Shown here in pieces: positions 1-9,302 of a stretch of 64,000 nucleotides of DNA. How positions within the stretch are numbered: the stretch's first letter is position 1; the number at the start of each line of letters is the position of its first letter. The translations under genes were made by a program, and so were the position numbers. The stretch covers positions 5,372 through 69,371 of the forward strand of contig CACEVU010000001.1 in assembly GCA_902563105.1 (NCBI GenBank), given 5' to 3'. Below the pieces are notes generated by a model. It had not been told where the DNA came from and did not search any database. It saw nothing but the letters and a program-made list of their open reading frames with translations. Origin of the DNA: an uncultured SAR86 cluster bacterium. GTDB taxonomy: Bacteria > Pseudomonadota > Gammaproteobacteria > Magnimaribacterales > AG-339-G14.

Positions 1-709
1 AAATTGCACAAATTTTAAAAGTACTTAGATCAATCATTACATTGCTGAGGCTAAAATCACCATGAACAAGCTTTGTTGTCTTTTCAACAGGAAGATTTTT
101 TGGCAACCATTCCATTAGATTATTCATTGATTTTATCTCTCTAGTTTCTGATGCCACGTATTGTTTTGACCACCTAGCAACTTGCCTTCCTACATAATTT
201 CCCGGTTTACCAAAAGATTCTAGTCCGATTTTTTCATGATCAACACTATGTAATTTTGCAATAGTCTCATTCATTGATTGATAAATTTTTTTTCGTTCTT
301 CATTTGAAGCTTTAGGGATATGCGGTTCCCACATAACCTCTCCCTCAACACAGCTCATTAAAAAAAATTCAGTCCCAATAATTGATTCATCTTCACAATG
401 TAAATATGCCTTAGGGACGGGCACATCAGTTTTGTTGAGTGCAGCAATTACTTTATATTCTCGATCAACTGCATGGGCCGACTTAAGGAGCTTTCCAGGT
501 GGTTTTCTTCTCAAGACGTAGGATTTACTTGGCGTTTTAATGAGATAGGTAGGATTGGATTGCCCTCCTATAAATTCTTCAATTGAAGAAATCTTCTCAA
601 AGCTTTCTAAATTTTCATTTAAATAAGTTTGAAGATTAACTTGATCTATAAGATGCCTTTCAGATACGCTTTTTGTACCTGAATATTCCCCCTTAAACTT
701 ACTATCCAT
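1..709 (-). CDS. Phosphotransferase (APH / ACAD10-type kinase-like) family protein, N-terminal part only; the C-terminus lies beyond the window start
   Basis: Absent from the ORF track because it is open at the window edge. My translation from the ATG (complement of 707-709) reads MDSKFKGEYSGTKSVSERHLIDQVNLQTYLNENLESFEKISSIEEFIGGQSNPTYLIKTPSKSYVLRRKPPGKLLKSAHAVDREYKVIAALNKTDV... The GGQSNPTY and VLRxKPPG..L.SAHAV.RE motifs are typical of the phosphotransferase domain associated with ACAD10/11-type acyl-CoA dehydrogenases. Confidence 0.6.
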   Translation of the reverse strand, partial: MDSKFKGEYSGTKSVSERHLIDQVNLQTYLNENLESFEKISSIEEFIGGQSNPTYLIKTPSKSYVLRRKPPGKLLKSAHAVDREYKVIAALNKTDVPVPKAYLHCEDESIIGTEFFLMSCVEGEVMWEPHIPKASNEERKKIYQSMNETIAKLHSVDHEKIGLESFGKPGNYVGRQVARWSKQYVASETREIKSMNNLMEWLPKNLPVEKTTKLVHGDFSLSNVMIDLSTFKICAI

Positions 710-736
710 TCTTTTCTTAAACAGACTTAATATACA

Positions 737-1459
737 TTAGTTTAAAGACCTGCCACCATCAATTTTAAGTATTTGACCAGTCATGTAGGTAAATTTACTT
801 AGACCTATTACAGCGTCAGAGATATCTTTTTCCGTACCAATTTTATTTAAGGGAATTTCTTTAAGTAACTCATCTTCTTGAGAAGAACCATCCGAAGGAA
901 GCAGAATAGCTCCTGGAGCAATTGCATTCACTCTTACCTCTGGGGCCAACTCTCGCGCAAGAGTTTTGGTTAAATTCTCTAAGCCGGCTTTTGCCAATGA
1001 GTAAATAACATAATCTTTCATTCCTCTGTTTATCATTGCATCAGAAATATTAATAATAGACCCTCTGCAATTAATAAGCATTTCTTTACAATATCTAGAC
1101 AATAAAAAAGGACCTCTCAGATTAGAATTCATTAAGTCATCCCAATCAGATTCTTCATGAGATACCAAATCAGTTTTGAAGAAAGAAGAAGCGTTATTTA
1201 TCAAAATATCTAAAGAGTTGAAATTGCCTTTTATTTTTTCTACAAAATCTCTTACTTCTTCAAAATTATTTAAATCAAAGCTATAGACTTCACAACTGTT
1301 CTTTCTGAGTTTATTCAAACTAGCTTTCAGCTCAGATGCCTCAGCCTCTGATCTATTGTAGTGACAGATGATGTTGTAACCATTTGCATGAAGTTTTAGA
1401 CAGATATCTTTACCAATTCTCACCGCTCCCCCTGTAACAAGAGCTGTTTTATGTGTCAT
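737..1459 (-). CDS. SDR family oxidoreductase, pteridine reductase (FolM/PTR1)-like
   Basis: 240 aa. It has a TGGAVRIG dinucleotide-binding motif (the RIG variant seen in pteridine reductases) and a YSLAK (YxxxK) catalytic motif. It overlaps the upstream cca by 11 nt. Confidence 0.75.
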   Translation of the reverse strand: MTHKTALVTGGAVRIGKDICLKLHANGYNIICHYNRSEAEASELKASLNKLRKNSCEVYSFDLNNFEEVRDFVEKIKGNFNSLDILINNASSFFKTDLVSHEESDWDDLMNSNLRGPFLLSRYCKEMLINCRGSIINISDAMINRGMKDYVIYSLAKAGLENLTKTLARELAPEVRVNAIAPGAILLPSDGSSQEDELLKEIPLNKIGTEKDISDAVIGLSKFTYMTGQILKIDGGRSLN

Positions 1460-2528
1460 CTTTGAAATCCATAATTATTTTTAATCTTTTTGTTATTAGC
1501 TTTTCTTTAATTTCTTTGGGCTTCATTTTTTCTAAATTAACCTTTACGCTTTTTAATTTAACAAATAAAGATCTCCATTTTTTAAAATCTTTACCAGAAA
1601 TGACATTTATTTTTTTTAGTAATTTCAAAGCATTGATTACACCCAAGTCATTTCTAAAAAATTTTATACTTACCAACTTGTCTAAAAATTTTCTCTCATT
1701 GATTTTTTTTTGATTCACCATTTTATAAGTTTCTTCGAAAGTAAATCTGAAATTACTGATTTTTTTTGGCACTCTAATTTTTTTTTCTAAAATTTCTATT
1801 TTTTTTGACATTAGATTTATCAAAGCCCATTTTTCCGAAACCATGTCTTTTTCTGAATCGAGACATTTCAACAATTTCAGATTTTTTGAATAACATTCGT
1901 CTAGCCCTTCAAAATACTTTATGGCCTTTATTTTTTTTAAGGTAGAAAAGTAAATACTTGAATTTCTATAGCGCAAAGCCTTCTGCGTTTCTTCCCAAAT
2001 TCTCTCTCCAGAAAGAAAATTAATTTCATTATCCAAAGACATTTTCGTAAGCATCTTTAAAGTATCTTTTGTGATGGAAAACTTAAATTCTGCAAGTTTC
2101 GTTTTAAATCTTGCTACCCTAAAAAGTCTTAATGGATCTTCTGCAAAAGCCTTAGATACAACCCTGATTTTTCTTTCTTTTAAATCTTTAACTCCATGAA
2201 AAGGATCATATAAATTTCCATGCTCATCTTTTGCAATTGCATTGATTGTAATATCGCGCCTTTGCAAATCTTCATCCAAAGATATCTTAAAATTCACATC
2301 AAAAGTAAAATCTCCATGACCTTTTCCTATTTTCTTTTCTTTTCTCGCTAAAGCATATTCTTCTTTCGTTTTTGGATGTAGGTAGACAGGAAAATTCTTT
2401 CCTACCTGCTTAAAACCTTTATCTATCATTTCCTCATGAGAAGAATTTATTACTACCCAATCATTCTCATTATGAGGAATCCCTAATAAAGAATCCCTTA
2501 TAGCGCCTCCTACTAAAAATACTTTCAC
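1449..2528 (-). CDS. cca: CCA tRNA nucleotidyltransferase (class II), without a recognisable HD phosphohydrolase domain
   Basis: 359 aa. Head-domain motifs GGAIRD, RRDITINA and EDPLRLFRVARF are present. The GTG start sits in a GTGA overlap with the apaH stop. The last ~170 residues contain no histidine. Confidence 0.85.
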   Translation of the reverse strand: MKVFLVGGAIRDSLLGIPHNENDWVVINSSHEEMIDKGFKQVGKNFPVYLHPKTKEEYALARKEKKIGKGHGDFTFDVNFKISLDEDLQRRDITINAIAKDEHGNLYDPFHGVKDLKERKIRVVSKAFAEDPLRLFRVARFKTKLAEFKFSITKDTLKMLTKMSLDNEINFLSGERIWEETQKALRYRNSSIYFSTLKKIKAIKYFEGLDECYSKNLKLLKCLDSEKDMVSEKWALINLMSKKIEILEKKIRVPKKISNFRFTFEETYKMVNQKKINERKFLDKLVSIKFFRNDLGVINALKLLKKINVISGKDFKKWRSLFVKLKSVKVNLEKMKPKEIKEKLITKRLKIIMDFKDDT

Positions 2529-3343
2529 TTTTGTTTACTTTCAATAATAAATCTTTTTTGATCTTCCAATCTCAAAAATGTTAGTTCTTTTCCCCAACAA
2601 CATCCAGTATCTAATGCTTGAAAGCTAGACAGGTTTGTCTTTCCTTGAAGAGCAGCCCAATGACCAAAAACTAAGAAATCCAGATCTTTTGTGATCTGAT
2701 TTTTTTTATTGAACCAAGGAACAAAATTAGGTGAAATATTTTTTCTATTTCCTTTATAAATAAAATTTGGAAAACCGTTTTCGTCAACAATCCTAGCCCT
2801 TGTAAAAAAATTAATAGAACCATTAAATGAGTGAAGAGAAGAATTAGCATTTTTTTTATTGAATATACTCATTAAATTTTTTTTTGGATTTTTTTTTAAT
2901 TTTAAACAGTTGAGTTTAGATAAAGTCTCAGCTTGCTTAAGAGACATCATTTTGGGAATTCCCGCATGCACCATACCAACTTTTAAAATTCCGTTGTCTG
3001 AAAAAATTTTCTTTGAAAATACGAAATCTTGTTGAAGAAGAAAATGCATCATTTGCAGGACATTTTTATCGTCGAATATCGATTTAAAAGTATCCTCCTT
3101 TTTTAACTTTTTTTTATTAAAAAAACAATTCAATAAATGTAAATCATGGTTCCCTAAAACGATATGCACAGCTTTTTTGATTGAGAAGATATATTTTAAA
3201 ACCCGTAAAGAATCCGGACCTCTATTTATTAGATCTCCCGTTACCCACAAAAAGTCTTTTTTGCTATTGAAATTTATAAGCTCAAGGCCTTCTTCAAGTT
3301 CATCAAAGCAACCTTGGATATCTCCCACAGCATAATTAGGCAT
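2525..3343 (-). CDS. apaH: Bis(5'-nucleosyl)-tetraphosphatase, symmetrical (ApaH)
   Basis: Metallophosphatase motifs YAVGDIQGC, GDLINRGPDS and GNHDLHLL are present. I prefer the MPNYAVGD start at 3343 over the track start at 3394, because it overlaps the rsmA stop by only 8 nt. Confidence 0.85.
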   Translation of the reverse strand: MPNYAVGDIQGCFDELEEGLELINFNSKKDFLWVTGDLINRGPDSLRVLKYIFSIKKAVHIVLGNHDLHLLNCFFNKKKLKKEDTFKSIFDDKNVLQMMHFLLQQDFVFSKKIFSDNGILKVGMVHAGIPKMMSLKQAETLSKLNCLKLKKNPKKNLMSIFNKKNANSSLHSFNGSINFFTRARIVDENGFPNFIYKGNRKNISPNFVPWFNKKNQITKDLDFLVFGHWAALQGKTNLSSFQALDTGCCWGKELTFLRLEDQKRFIIESKQK

Positions 3344-4103
3344 AATTTTTAAGCTTATTGGATAATTCAATGTATTCCTTAAGAGAAAGTTCATCTGGTC
3401 TCAAATTCAAATCTACGCTTAAATCTGAAACATCATCTTTCATAATATCTTTTAGAGAATTAGAGATTTTTTTTCTTTTTTTATTGAATAAAACTCTAGT
3501 AACTTTTTTTAAATTTTTAAACAGTTCTTTATCAATTTCTTTCATCTTAGGTAAGAATCTTACAAAAAGACTATCTACTTTAGGTTTTGGCTCAAAATAT
3601 TCTCTTTCAACATCCTTAAGAATTTCTACTTCATATAAATAATTGCAGATTACACTCAGCCTCCCGTAAGACGAAGTCTTTTGAGTACCAGAGCACCTTA
3701 AAGCGAATTCTTTTTGAAGCATAAAGTGCATATCTTCTATTTGCTCATAATGATTCTCGCACCATTCTAAAATCGGGCTTGAAATATTGTAAGGAATGTT
3801 CCCTACCAATCTAAATCTTCCTGAGCCAAAAATTTCCTTTGGATCAAACTTTAAGAAATCGCGTTTTATAAAAAATTCTTTTTTCTCAGGAAATTTTTTT
3901 TTCAAAAGAGCAAGTAAATCTTCATCAATTTCTATCCCATAATATGAATTACAAAGATTAATAATAAAATCTGAAAAATCACCTTTTCCTGGTCCTATCT
4001 CTAATATTTTATTTGTTGGTGAGATATTTATTAAATTTGTCAGGTCTCCCAATATTTTTTTATCTTTTAAAAAATTTTGCCCAAACTTTTTTTTTGGATG
4101 CAT
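3336..4103 (-). CDS. rsmA: 16S rRNA (adenine1518/1519-N6)-dimethyltransferase RsmA/KsgA
   Basis: 255 aa. The N-terminus KKKFGQNFLKD, the SAM motif LEIGPGKGD and GNIPYNISSPI are present. It holds the conserved position between pdxA and apaH. Confidence 0.9.
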   Translation of the reverse strand: MHPKKKFGQNFLKDKKILGDLTNLINISPTNKILEIGPGKGDFSDFIINLCNSYYGIEIDEDLLALLKKKFPEKKEFFIKRDFLKFDPKEIFGSGRFRLVGNIPYNISSPILEWCENHYEQIEDMHFMLQKEFALRCSGTQKTSSYGRLSVICNYLYEVEILKDVEREYFEPKPKVDSLFVRFLPKMKEIDKELFKNLKKVTRVLFNKKRKKISNSLKDIMKDDVSDLSVDLNLRPDELSLKEYIELSNKLKNYA

Positions 4104-4104
4104 T

Positions 4105-5049
4105 TTAAATTAACGAGAATGCTGTATTTAAGGCAGTACTCATGCTTGAAAAATCTGCTTTGTCCTGGCCGGCGATATCGTATGCAGTTCCATGATCAAC
4201 CGAAATTCTCATGAAAGGTAATCCCAAAGTTATATTGAGTGTATTCCCAAAGTCCATGGATTTAATTACAGGCAAGCCTTGATCATGATACATGGCCAAA
4301 AAGACATCAAACTTACTTAAATTTTTTTTTATAAATGCGGTATCAGCAGAAATTGGACCGAGAATATTATTACCAGATGCATCCACGAATGGCTTTAAAA
4401 TTTCTTCTTCTTCGTGACCTAAAAAACCTCCCTCTCCAGCATGAGGGTTAAGTCCTAACAAACAAACTGATGGATCTTCTATTTTCCAAACATTTTTGAG
4501 TTCTTTTAAAATTATCGAAACAGTTTCTTGAAGATTTTTCTTTGTTACTTTGGAAGGTACTTCTGATAGAGGAATGTGAGTCGTTAGAAGGGCAATTTTT
4601 AATTTATCATTCGTCAAAAGCATTACAACTTTTTTAGTATTTGAAATTTCTGCAAGAAATTCAGTGTGACCTGAAAATTCAAACCCAGATTTATTAATAA
4701 GTTCTTTATTGATAGGCCCAGTTATTAAACCTTTGAATCTTTTATTTAAACTGCCTAAAGCACCATATGAAAGCACTTCCATAATATAGTTTGCATTTGA
4801 AACATCAGGATTCCCTAAGGAAACTTCATTTTTCAATGGAAAGTGTTCAAAGATAACTCCTTTTTCTTTGGATTTCTTGTCTATAAGATTTACATCAAGA
4901 GAATATTTATCAATTAGATTCTGATAAAACTCTTTATCGCCAGCAAGAACAAAATTATTTTGAATATTTTTATTTTCGGATAAAGCCTTAAGCGTAATTT
5001 CAGGACCAATACCAGCAGGATCCCCAGGAGAAATAAAAATTTTACTCAT
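4105..5049 (-). CDS. pdxA: 4-hydroxythreonine-4-phosphate dehydrogenase PdxA
   Basis: 314 aa. Motifs GDPAGIGPEI, GHTEFLA, GLNPHAGEGG, AMYHDQGL and VDHGTA are present. It follows surA as in the canonical operon. Confidence 0.9.
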   Translation of the reverse strand: MSKIFISPGDPAGIGPEITLKALSENKNIQNNFVLAGDKEFYQNLIDKYSLDVNLIDKKSKEKGVIFEHFPLKNEVSLGNPDVSNANYIMEVLSYGALGSLNKRFKGLITGPINKELINKSGFEFSGHTEFLAEISNTKKVVMLLTNDKLKIALLTTHIPLSEVPSKVTKKNLQETVSIILKELKNVWKIEDPSVCLLGLNPHAGEGGFLGHEEEEILKPFVDASGNNILGPISADTAFIKKNLSKFDVFLAMYHDQGLPVIKSMDFGNTLNITLGLPFMRISVDHGTAYDIAGQDKADFSSMSTALNTAFSLI

Positions 5050-5201
5050 GAAGAAATTTTTATATCGACAAAAGCTTCAGCTCTAATTTCTTCTAATGTT
5101 GTTTGTAGTTGTTCTCTATACTTTCGCTGGAAAAGAATTCCATAAGCTTTATCTTTTAGAAGTTCGTCAGATATATTTTTTTCCCGCCTTTCGAGAACCT
5201 T
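5046..5201 (-). other. surA: In-frame continuation of surA beyond an internal TGA (52 conserved codons plus the natural stop)
   Basis: Reading on in the same frame after the TGA (complement of 5202-5204) gives KVLERREKNISDELLKDKAYGILFQRKYREQLQTTLEEIRAEAFVDIKISS*. This is colinear with the E. coli SurA C-terminus ([50 protein letters not shown]). It ends in an ATGA overlap with the pdxA start. Confidence 0.8.
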
Positions 5202-6302
5202 TCAAATGTGCCATCCAAAGGCACTTTTGAAAGGTTCGCTAAATTTGCCAATTTCCGTCTCCGCCATGACTTTTTCGAATTTTTTATCATAAACTCCCTT
5301 GGGAGCCCAATCTAATTTTCCACCATCAAGCTTTGATCCTGGATCATCTGAATAGACTCTTGCCAGAATTTCCATCTCTTGACCTTGATTCAGTCTTTCA
5401 TGAAGACTTGTTATTAGGTCCTTAGACTGTTTTTCACTTCTAATTTCTGATTCTTTTATCAGAATATGTTGGACAAGAGTTTGAAATTCCGTTTGTATGG
5501 TTTCGCCTCTAATATCTTCAAGTTGGATAATATGAATACCAGCTCCACTTTTGATAGGGCCAAAAATATCGCCTTTTTCCATTTTAGAGATTTGCTCAAC
5601 GAATAAAGTTGGAATTTGAGATTTATTCCTCCAACCTAGATTCCCATTATTTTCAGAATTAAAAAGAAAAGAATATTTTTCTGTGGCTTTCAAAAACGAA
5701 ATTCCATTATTAATTTCGTCAATAATATTTGTTACATTTTCTTGAACTTCACTTTCATCTAAATCTTTAATTAAAATTTGATTAATTTTGTATTCGATTG
5801 AAATCAGACTTTGACCTTCAGTAGAATTAATGTAATTCAACATCTCTTGCTCAGAAATAATTATTTTGGGCCTCACTAAGCCAGATTGCACTCTTCTCAG
5901 AATAAGTTCTTTTTTTAAGGCCTCCCGGAAGTCTTTGAATGATTTTTTCTCACTTTCAATTTTTTCTCTTAGTTCTCTTAGAGTTAGATCATCCTGACTA
6001 GCAAATTCACTTAAAGATTCATTCAATTCCTGATCACTTATTCTTATGCCGAATTTCTCAGCTTTTTGTAGAAGAATTTCGTCCATGATTAATTTTTCAG
6101 TTACTCTTGAAAAAAGAATATCTTTTGGAGGGAGTACTTCTCCGTTAGTTTCAAAATTGTTGATTGTATTTTCTATAGCATCGTTTAATTCAGATTCCAT
6201 AATTATTCCTTCATCAACAATAATTGCGATGCGATCGAGAAAAGTAATTTCCGAATAAATAAATTTTGTAAAAAAACAAATAATTAAAAAGTAAAACTTC
6301 AT
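5202..6302 (-). CDS. surA: Periplasmic chaperone / peptidyl-prolyl isomerase SurA, as translated up to an in-frame TGA at codon 367
   Basis: 366 aa ORF with a signal peptide, the SurA N-terminal domain and a parvulin domain ending ...SEPFKSAFGWHI*. The stop falls inside the conserved GWH(I/L)(I/L) motif. The start overlaps the lptD stop in an ATGA junction. Confidence 0.85.
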   Translation of the reverse strand: MKFYFLIICFFTKFIYSEITFLDRIAIIVDEGIIMESELNDAIENTINNFETNGEVLPPKDILFSRVTEKLIMDEILLQKAEKFGIRISDQELNESLSEFASQDDLTLRELREKIESEKKSFKDFREALKKELILRRVQSGLVRPKIIISEQEMLNYINSTEGQSLISIEYKINQILIKDLDESEVQENVTNIIDEINNGISFLKATEKYSFLFNSENNGNLGWRNKSQIPTLFVEQISKMEKGDIFGPIKSGAGIHIIQLEDIRGETIQTEFQTLVQHILIKESEIRSEKQSKDLITSLHERLNQGQEMEILARVYSDDPGSKLDGGKLDWAPKGVYDKKFEKVMAETEIGKFSEPFKSAFGWHI

Positions 6303-8347
6303 AAGCTTCTTCGTTGTAAATAATTTTCTTTAGGCCTTCCTATTGAACCAAGTCCTTTTAACTCAAAGAAAATTCTTATTCTATCTTTATGATAATCTTT
6401 AAACGTACTTTTCTCCAAGATACTTATCCAGTCAAGCTCTATAGATTTCATATATGAAATTCCCACGATTAATCCATCATTTTCATAATCTAAAGAAAAG
6501 ACATTATTTACGTTCTTTTCCTGTTCAAGGTCATTAATAAACTTATATCCACCACTCCATTTATTTGAAATATTAAACGAACTTGAAAATTCTAAGGAAT
6601 TTATTTTTTTGTTAATTTGAGATCTTGAATTTAAATTATAAATTTTAATATCTTCAACTAGAAAGTGACTTAGAGAAATTTTGTAAGTTTTCTTATTTAT
6701 TCTCAAAGAATTTTTATAGGAACTAAAGTTATCCTCATTGTCTATTGATATTCGAGAAATAAAATCGATATCATGAGAAGACTTATAATCAAACTTTAAA
6801 GAAAGCGTATCAGGAAAATCGATTTTAAGATTTTCATAATAAAGACTTTTTTTCCCGGGCGTATAAAGTTTTGAAATTTTAAGACTAATTTTGTCTTCAT
6901 TATTATCAAGAAAACTAAATTTAGTTCCAATATTAAAATCTTTTTGAAAGCTCAAAAATAAATCACCAAATTTTTGCGACTCATTTATTGAAGAAAGCTT
7001 CAATCCAGAATCCACTCTTAGTTGATTAATTATCTTTTTTTGATCTGAAATCGAAAAGTCGATGAAAGGCTCAACAAAAGTCTTGATATTTCTTTCTTCG
7101 CTATAAAATTTCAAAGATTGCTTCAAGCTCAAAGTGGATAAAAATTCACTGTTATTTTGACCGTCAAAATTCTGAAATAAATATTCCGTAATAAAAGAAC
7201 TTTTTAAAAAATAATTTTTTTTAAAAAAACTATGAGATAAGGATGGTTTTATGAAAATCTTTTTAAGACTTTGATTTTCGTCGTTTCTGAAAGAGCCGCC
7301 TTTTCTAAAGTATGCAAAATCTGAGTTAAAAGAGAAATTAAGATTATTTTTATTAAAAAAATAACTTAATTTCAATCCAGGTAATCTTTGAAACTGATTT
7401 TGAGCCAATGGATTGGTCAATTTGAAAGAATTTAAATCAGCTTTCAAAGAAAAATTTTTAAAAAAATAATTTACATCTAGTTTCTGTGGCAAGACATAGG
7501 TTCTTGATAATCCGCTCATAAAACTTCCTAAATCAGAAAGATAAAAGGGATCTCCTGAAGAAGAAGTATTTAGATCAAGAAAAGTTGATTTTCCAAAACT
7601 CTGATTGTGAGAGAGATTATAAGACCATCTGAGATTGTCTCTTTCAAGAGTTTTATATGATGATTCATCATCAATTAAAATCGATGAATTTAAATTACCT
7701 TCATAATCTTTTCCTAGATACCTAAGTTCATTAGTAACTCCAAATCCTCTTTGCGTCATTAATCTAGGTTCTATAGTTAGATCAAGGTTTTTTTTAAGAT
7801 TTAAATAAACCGGAATTTTTATATCCATTCCAGACCTTTCGTTGATTGAAATCTCTGGCAGCAAAATGCCACTTTTTCTTTTTGCGCTTATTGGAAAATT
7901 TGCTTTATTAAAATAGGCAAGAGTTGTGCCTTGAACAATTAATTTGCTATTTTTGGCAGTCAGAATATTTTCATTACTTTTGAATGTTAATGCATCGGAT
8001 TCAATCCACCAGATTTTATCGGCGCAAGGACAACTTGAAAACTCGACTTCTTTTAGAGTAGTTTCTTCTGAAGAAACGCTCACAAAATTTGTTGTTCCAT
8101 ACAAAAAATTATTTAGGGTGGAAAAACTTAAGCTCTCTCCTGAAAAAAAGTTATTTTTTTTGTCCAAAGTAATTTTTTTTGCTTCAAATAAAAATTCATC
8201 AAATTTAAGAGACACATTTCCTTTTAATATCAAAGATTCATTTTCAGAGTCCAAAAAAGTTGTATCTGCCTCAAATTCAATATCGGAAGCAAATATACTT
8301 CCAAAATAAAAAGCAGTGAAAAAAAGAAAATTAAATATTTTATTCAA
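6299..8347 (-). CDS. lptD: LPS-assembly outer-membrane protein LptD (OstA/Imp)
   Basis: 682 aa with a signal peptide. An OstA-like N-terminal domain (LKGNVSLKFDEFLFEAKKITLD) is followed by a long beta-barrel-type sequence rich in alternating aromatic residues. It lies upstream of surA as in other Gammaproteobacteria. Confidence 0.85.
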   Translation of the reverse strand: MNKIFNFLFFTAFYFGSIFASDIEFEADTTFLDSENESLILKGNVSLKFDEFLFEAKKITLDKKNNFFSGESLSFSTLNNFLYGTTNFVSVSSEETTLKEVEFSSCPCADKIWWIESDALTFKSNENILTAKNSKLIVQGTTLAYFNKANFPISAKRKSGILLPEISINERSGMDIKIPVYLNLKKNLDLTIEPRLMTQRGFGVTNELRYLGKDYEGNLNSSILIDDESSYKTLERDNLRWSYNLSHNQSFGKSTFLDLNTSSSGDPFYLSDLGSFMSGLSRTYVLPQKLDVNYFFKNFSLKADLNSFKLTNPLAQNQFQRLPGLKLSYFFNKNNLNFSFNSDFAYFRKGGSFRNDENQSLKKIFIKPSLSHSFFKKNYFLKSSFITEYLFQNFDGQNNSEFLSTLSLKQSLKFYSEERNIKTFVEPFIDFSISDQKKIINQLRVDSGLKLSSINESQKFGDLFLSFQKDFNIGTKFSFLDNNEDKISLKISKLYTPGKKSLYYENLKIDFPDTLSLKFDYKSSHDIDFISRISIDNEDNFSSYKNSLRINKKTYKISLSHFLVEDIKIYNLNSRSQINKKINSLEFSSSFNISNKWSGGYKFINDLEQEKNVNNVFSLDYENDGLIVGISYMKSIELDWISILEKSTFKDYHKDRIRIFFELKGLGSIGRPKENYLQRRSL

Positions 8348-8437
8348 GAATGCTATTTTACCTTTAAAAGTATTTAATATTAGAGATATACAGAATTTTA
8401 ATTCTGTTTAAAATAATTCTTTTTAATAGGAACTTTT

Positions 8438-9298
8438 ATGAGCAAATTAACAAACAAAACTTTATTCGTTTCAGGAGCCTCAAGAGGCATCGGACTAGCA
8501 ATAGCTAAAAAAGCAGCTGAAGATGGGGCTAATGTGATTTTGGCTGCTAAAACAGCTGAACCGCACCCAAAGCTTCCAGGAACAATTTATACAGCCGCTG
8601 AAGAAATTGAAGAAGCTGGAGGAAAGGCTTTTCCTGTTTTATGCGATGTCAGGTTTGAAGACCAATTGGAAGAAGCAGTAAATAAAGGTGCTGATCATTT
8701 TGGAGGCATTGATATATGTGTGAATAATGCCAGTGCAATTCAATTGACTAATACACTCCAAACCGACATGAAAAGATATGATTTGATGAACCAAATTAAC
8801 ACAAGAGGAACATTTTTAACTTCAAAAAAGTGTCTGCCTTTTTTGCTAAAAGCTGAAAACCCACACATTTTGAATTTGTCTCCTCCTTTGGATATGAACC
8901 CTAAATGGTTTGCAAATAGTGTAGCTTACTCGATTGCTAAATTTGGAATGAGTCTTTGTGTATTGGGAATGGCTGAGGAATTTAAAGAACAAGGTGTTGC
9001 AGTTAATGCTTTATGGCCTAGGACTGCCATCGCAACAGCAGCGGTAAAAAATATTCTTGGTGGAGATGAAACTGTAAAAGTTTCTAGAACTCCTGAAATT
9101 ATGGCTGACGCAGCTTACGTAATTCTTACAAAAGATTCTAAAGAGTTTACCGGTAACTTTTGTATTGATGATAATCTGCTCGCCGATAATGGAGTGAAAG
9201 ATTTTTCAAAATATGCCGAAGTACCTTTTGCTCAGTTAGCGCCAGACTTCTTTGTGCCTGATGACATTCCTCCTCCTCAAGCAGCGATAGACTCTTAA
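8438..9298 (+). CDS. SDR family oxidoreductase (HSDL2-like)
   Basis: 286 aa. Motifs SGASRGIG (TGxxxGIG type), NNAS and YSIAK (YxxxK) are present. Confidence 0.8.
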   Translation: MSKLTNKTLFVSGASRGIGLAIAKKAAEDGANVILAAKTAEPHPKLPGTIYTAAEEIEEAGGKAFPVLCDVRFEDQLEEAVNKGADHFGGIDICVNNASAIQLTNTLQTDMKRYDLMNQINTRGTFLTSKKCLPFLLKAENPHILNLSPPLDMNPKWFANSVAYSIAKFGMSLCVLGMAEEFKEQGVAVNALWPRTAIATAAVKNILGGDETVKVSRTPEIMADAAYVILTKDSKEFTGNFCIDDNLLADNGVKDFSKYAEVPFAQLAPDFFVPDDIPPPQAAIDS

Positions 9299-9302
9299 AA
9301 TT

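Noticed and set aside
5202-5204. The surA TGA as evidence for an alternative genetic code (TGA as Trp or Gly) or selenocysteine.
   Set aside because: TGA terminates many well-delimited genes in this window (apaH, rpmB, trpG, hemE, hemH, lptD). The aligned residue in homologues is hydrophobic (I/L), not Trp, Gly or Cys. No SECIS-like hairpin follows. The one candidate selenoprotein family here (glutathione peroxidase, 58517-59113) uses a TGT Cys codon.
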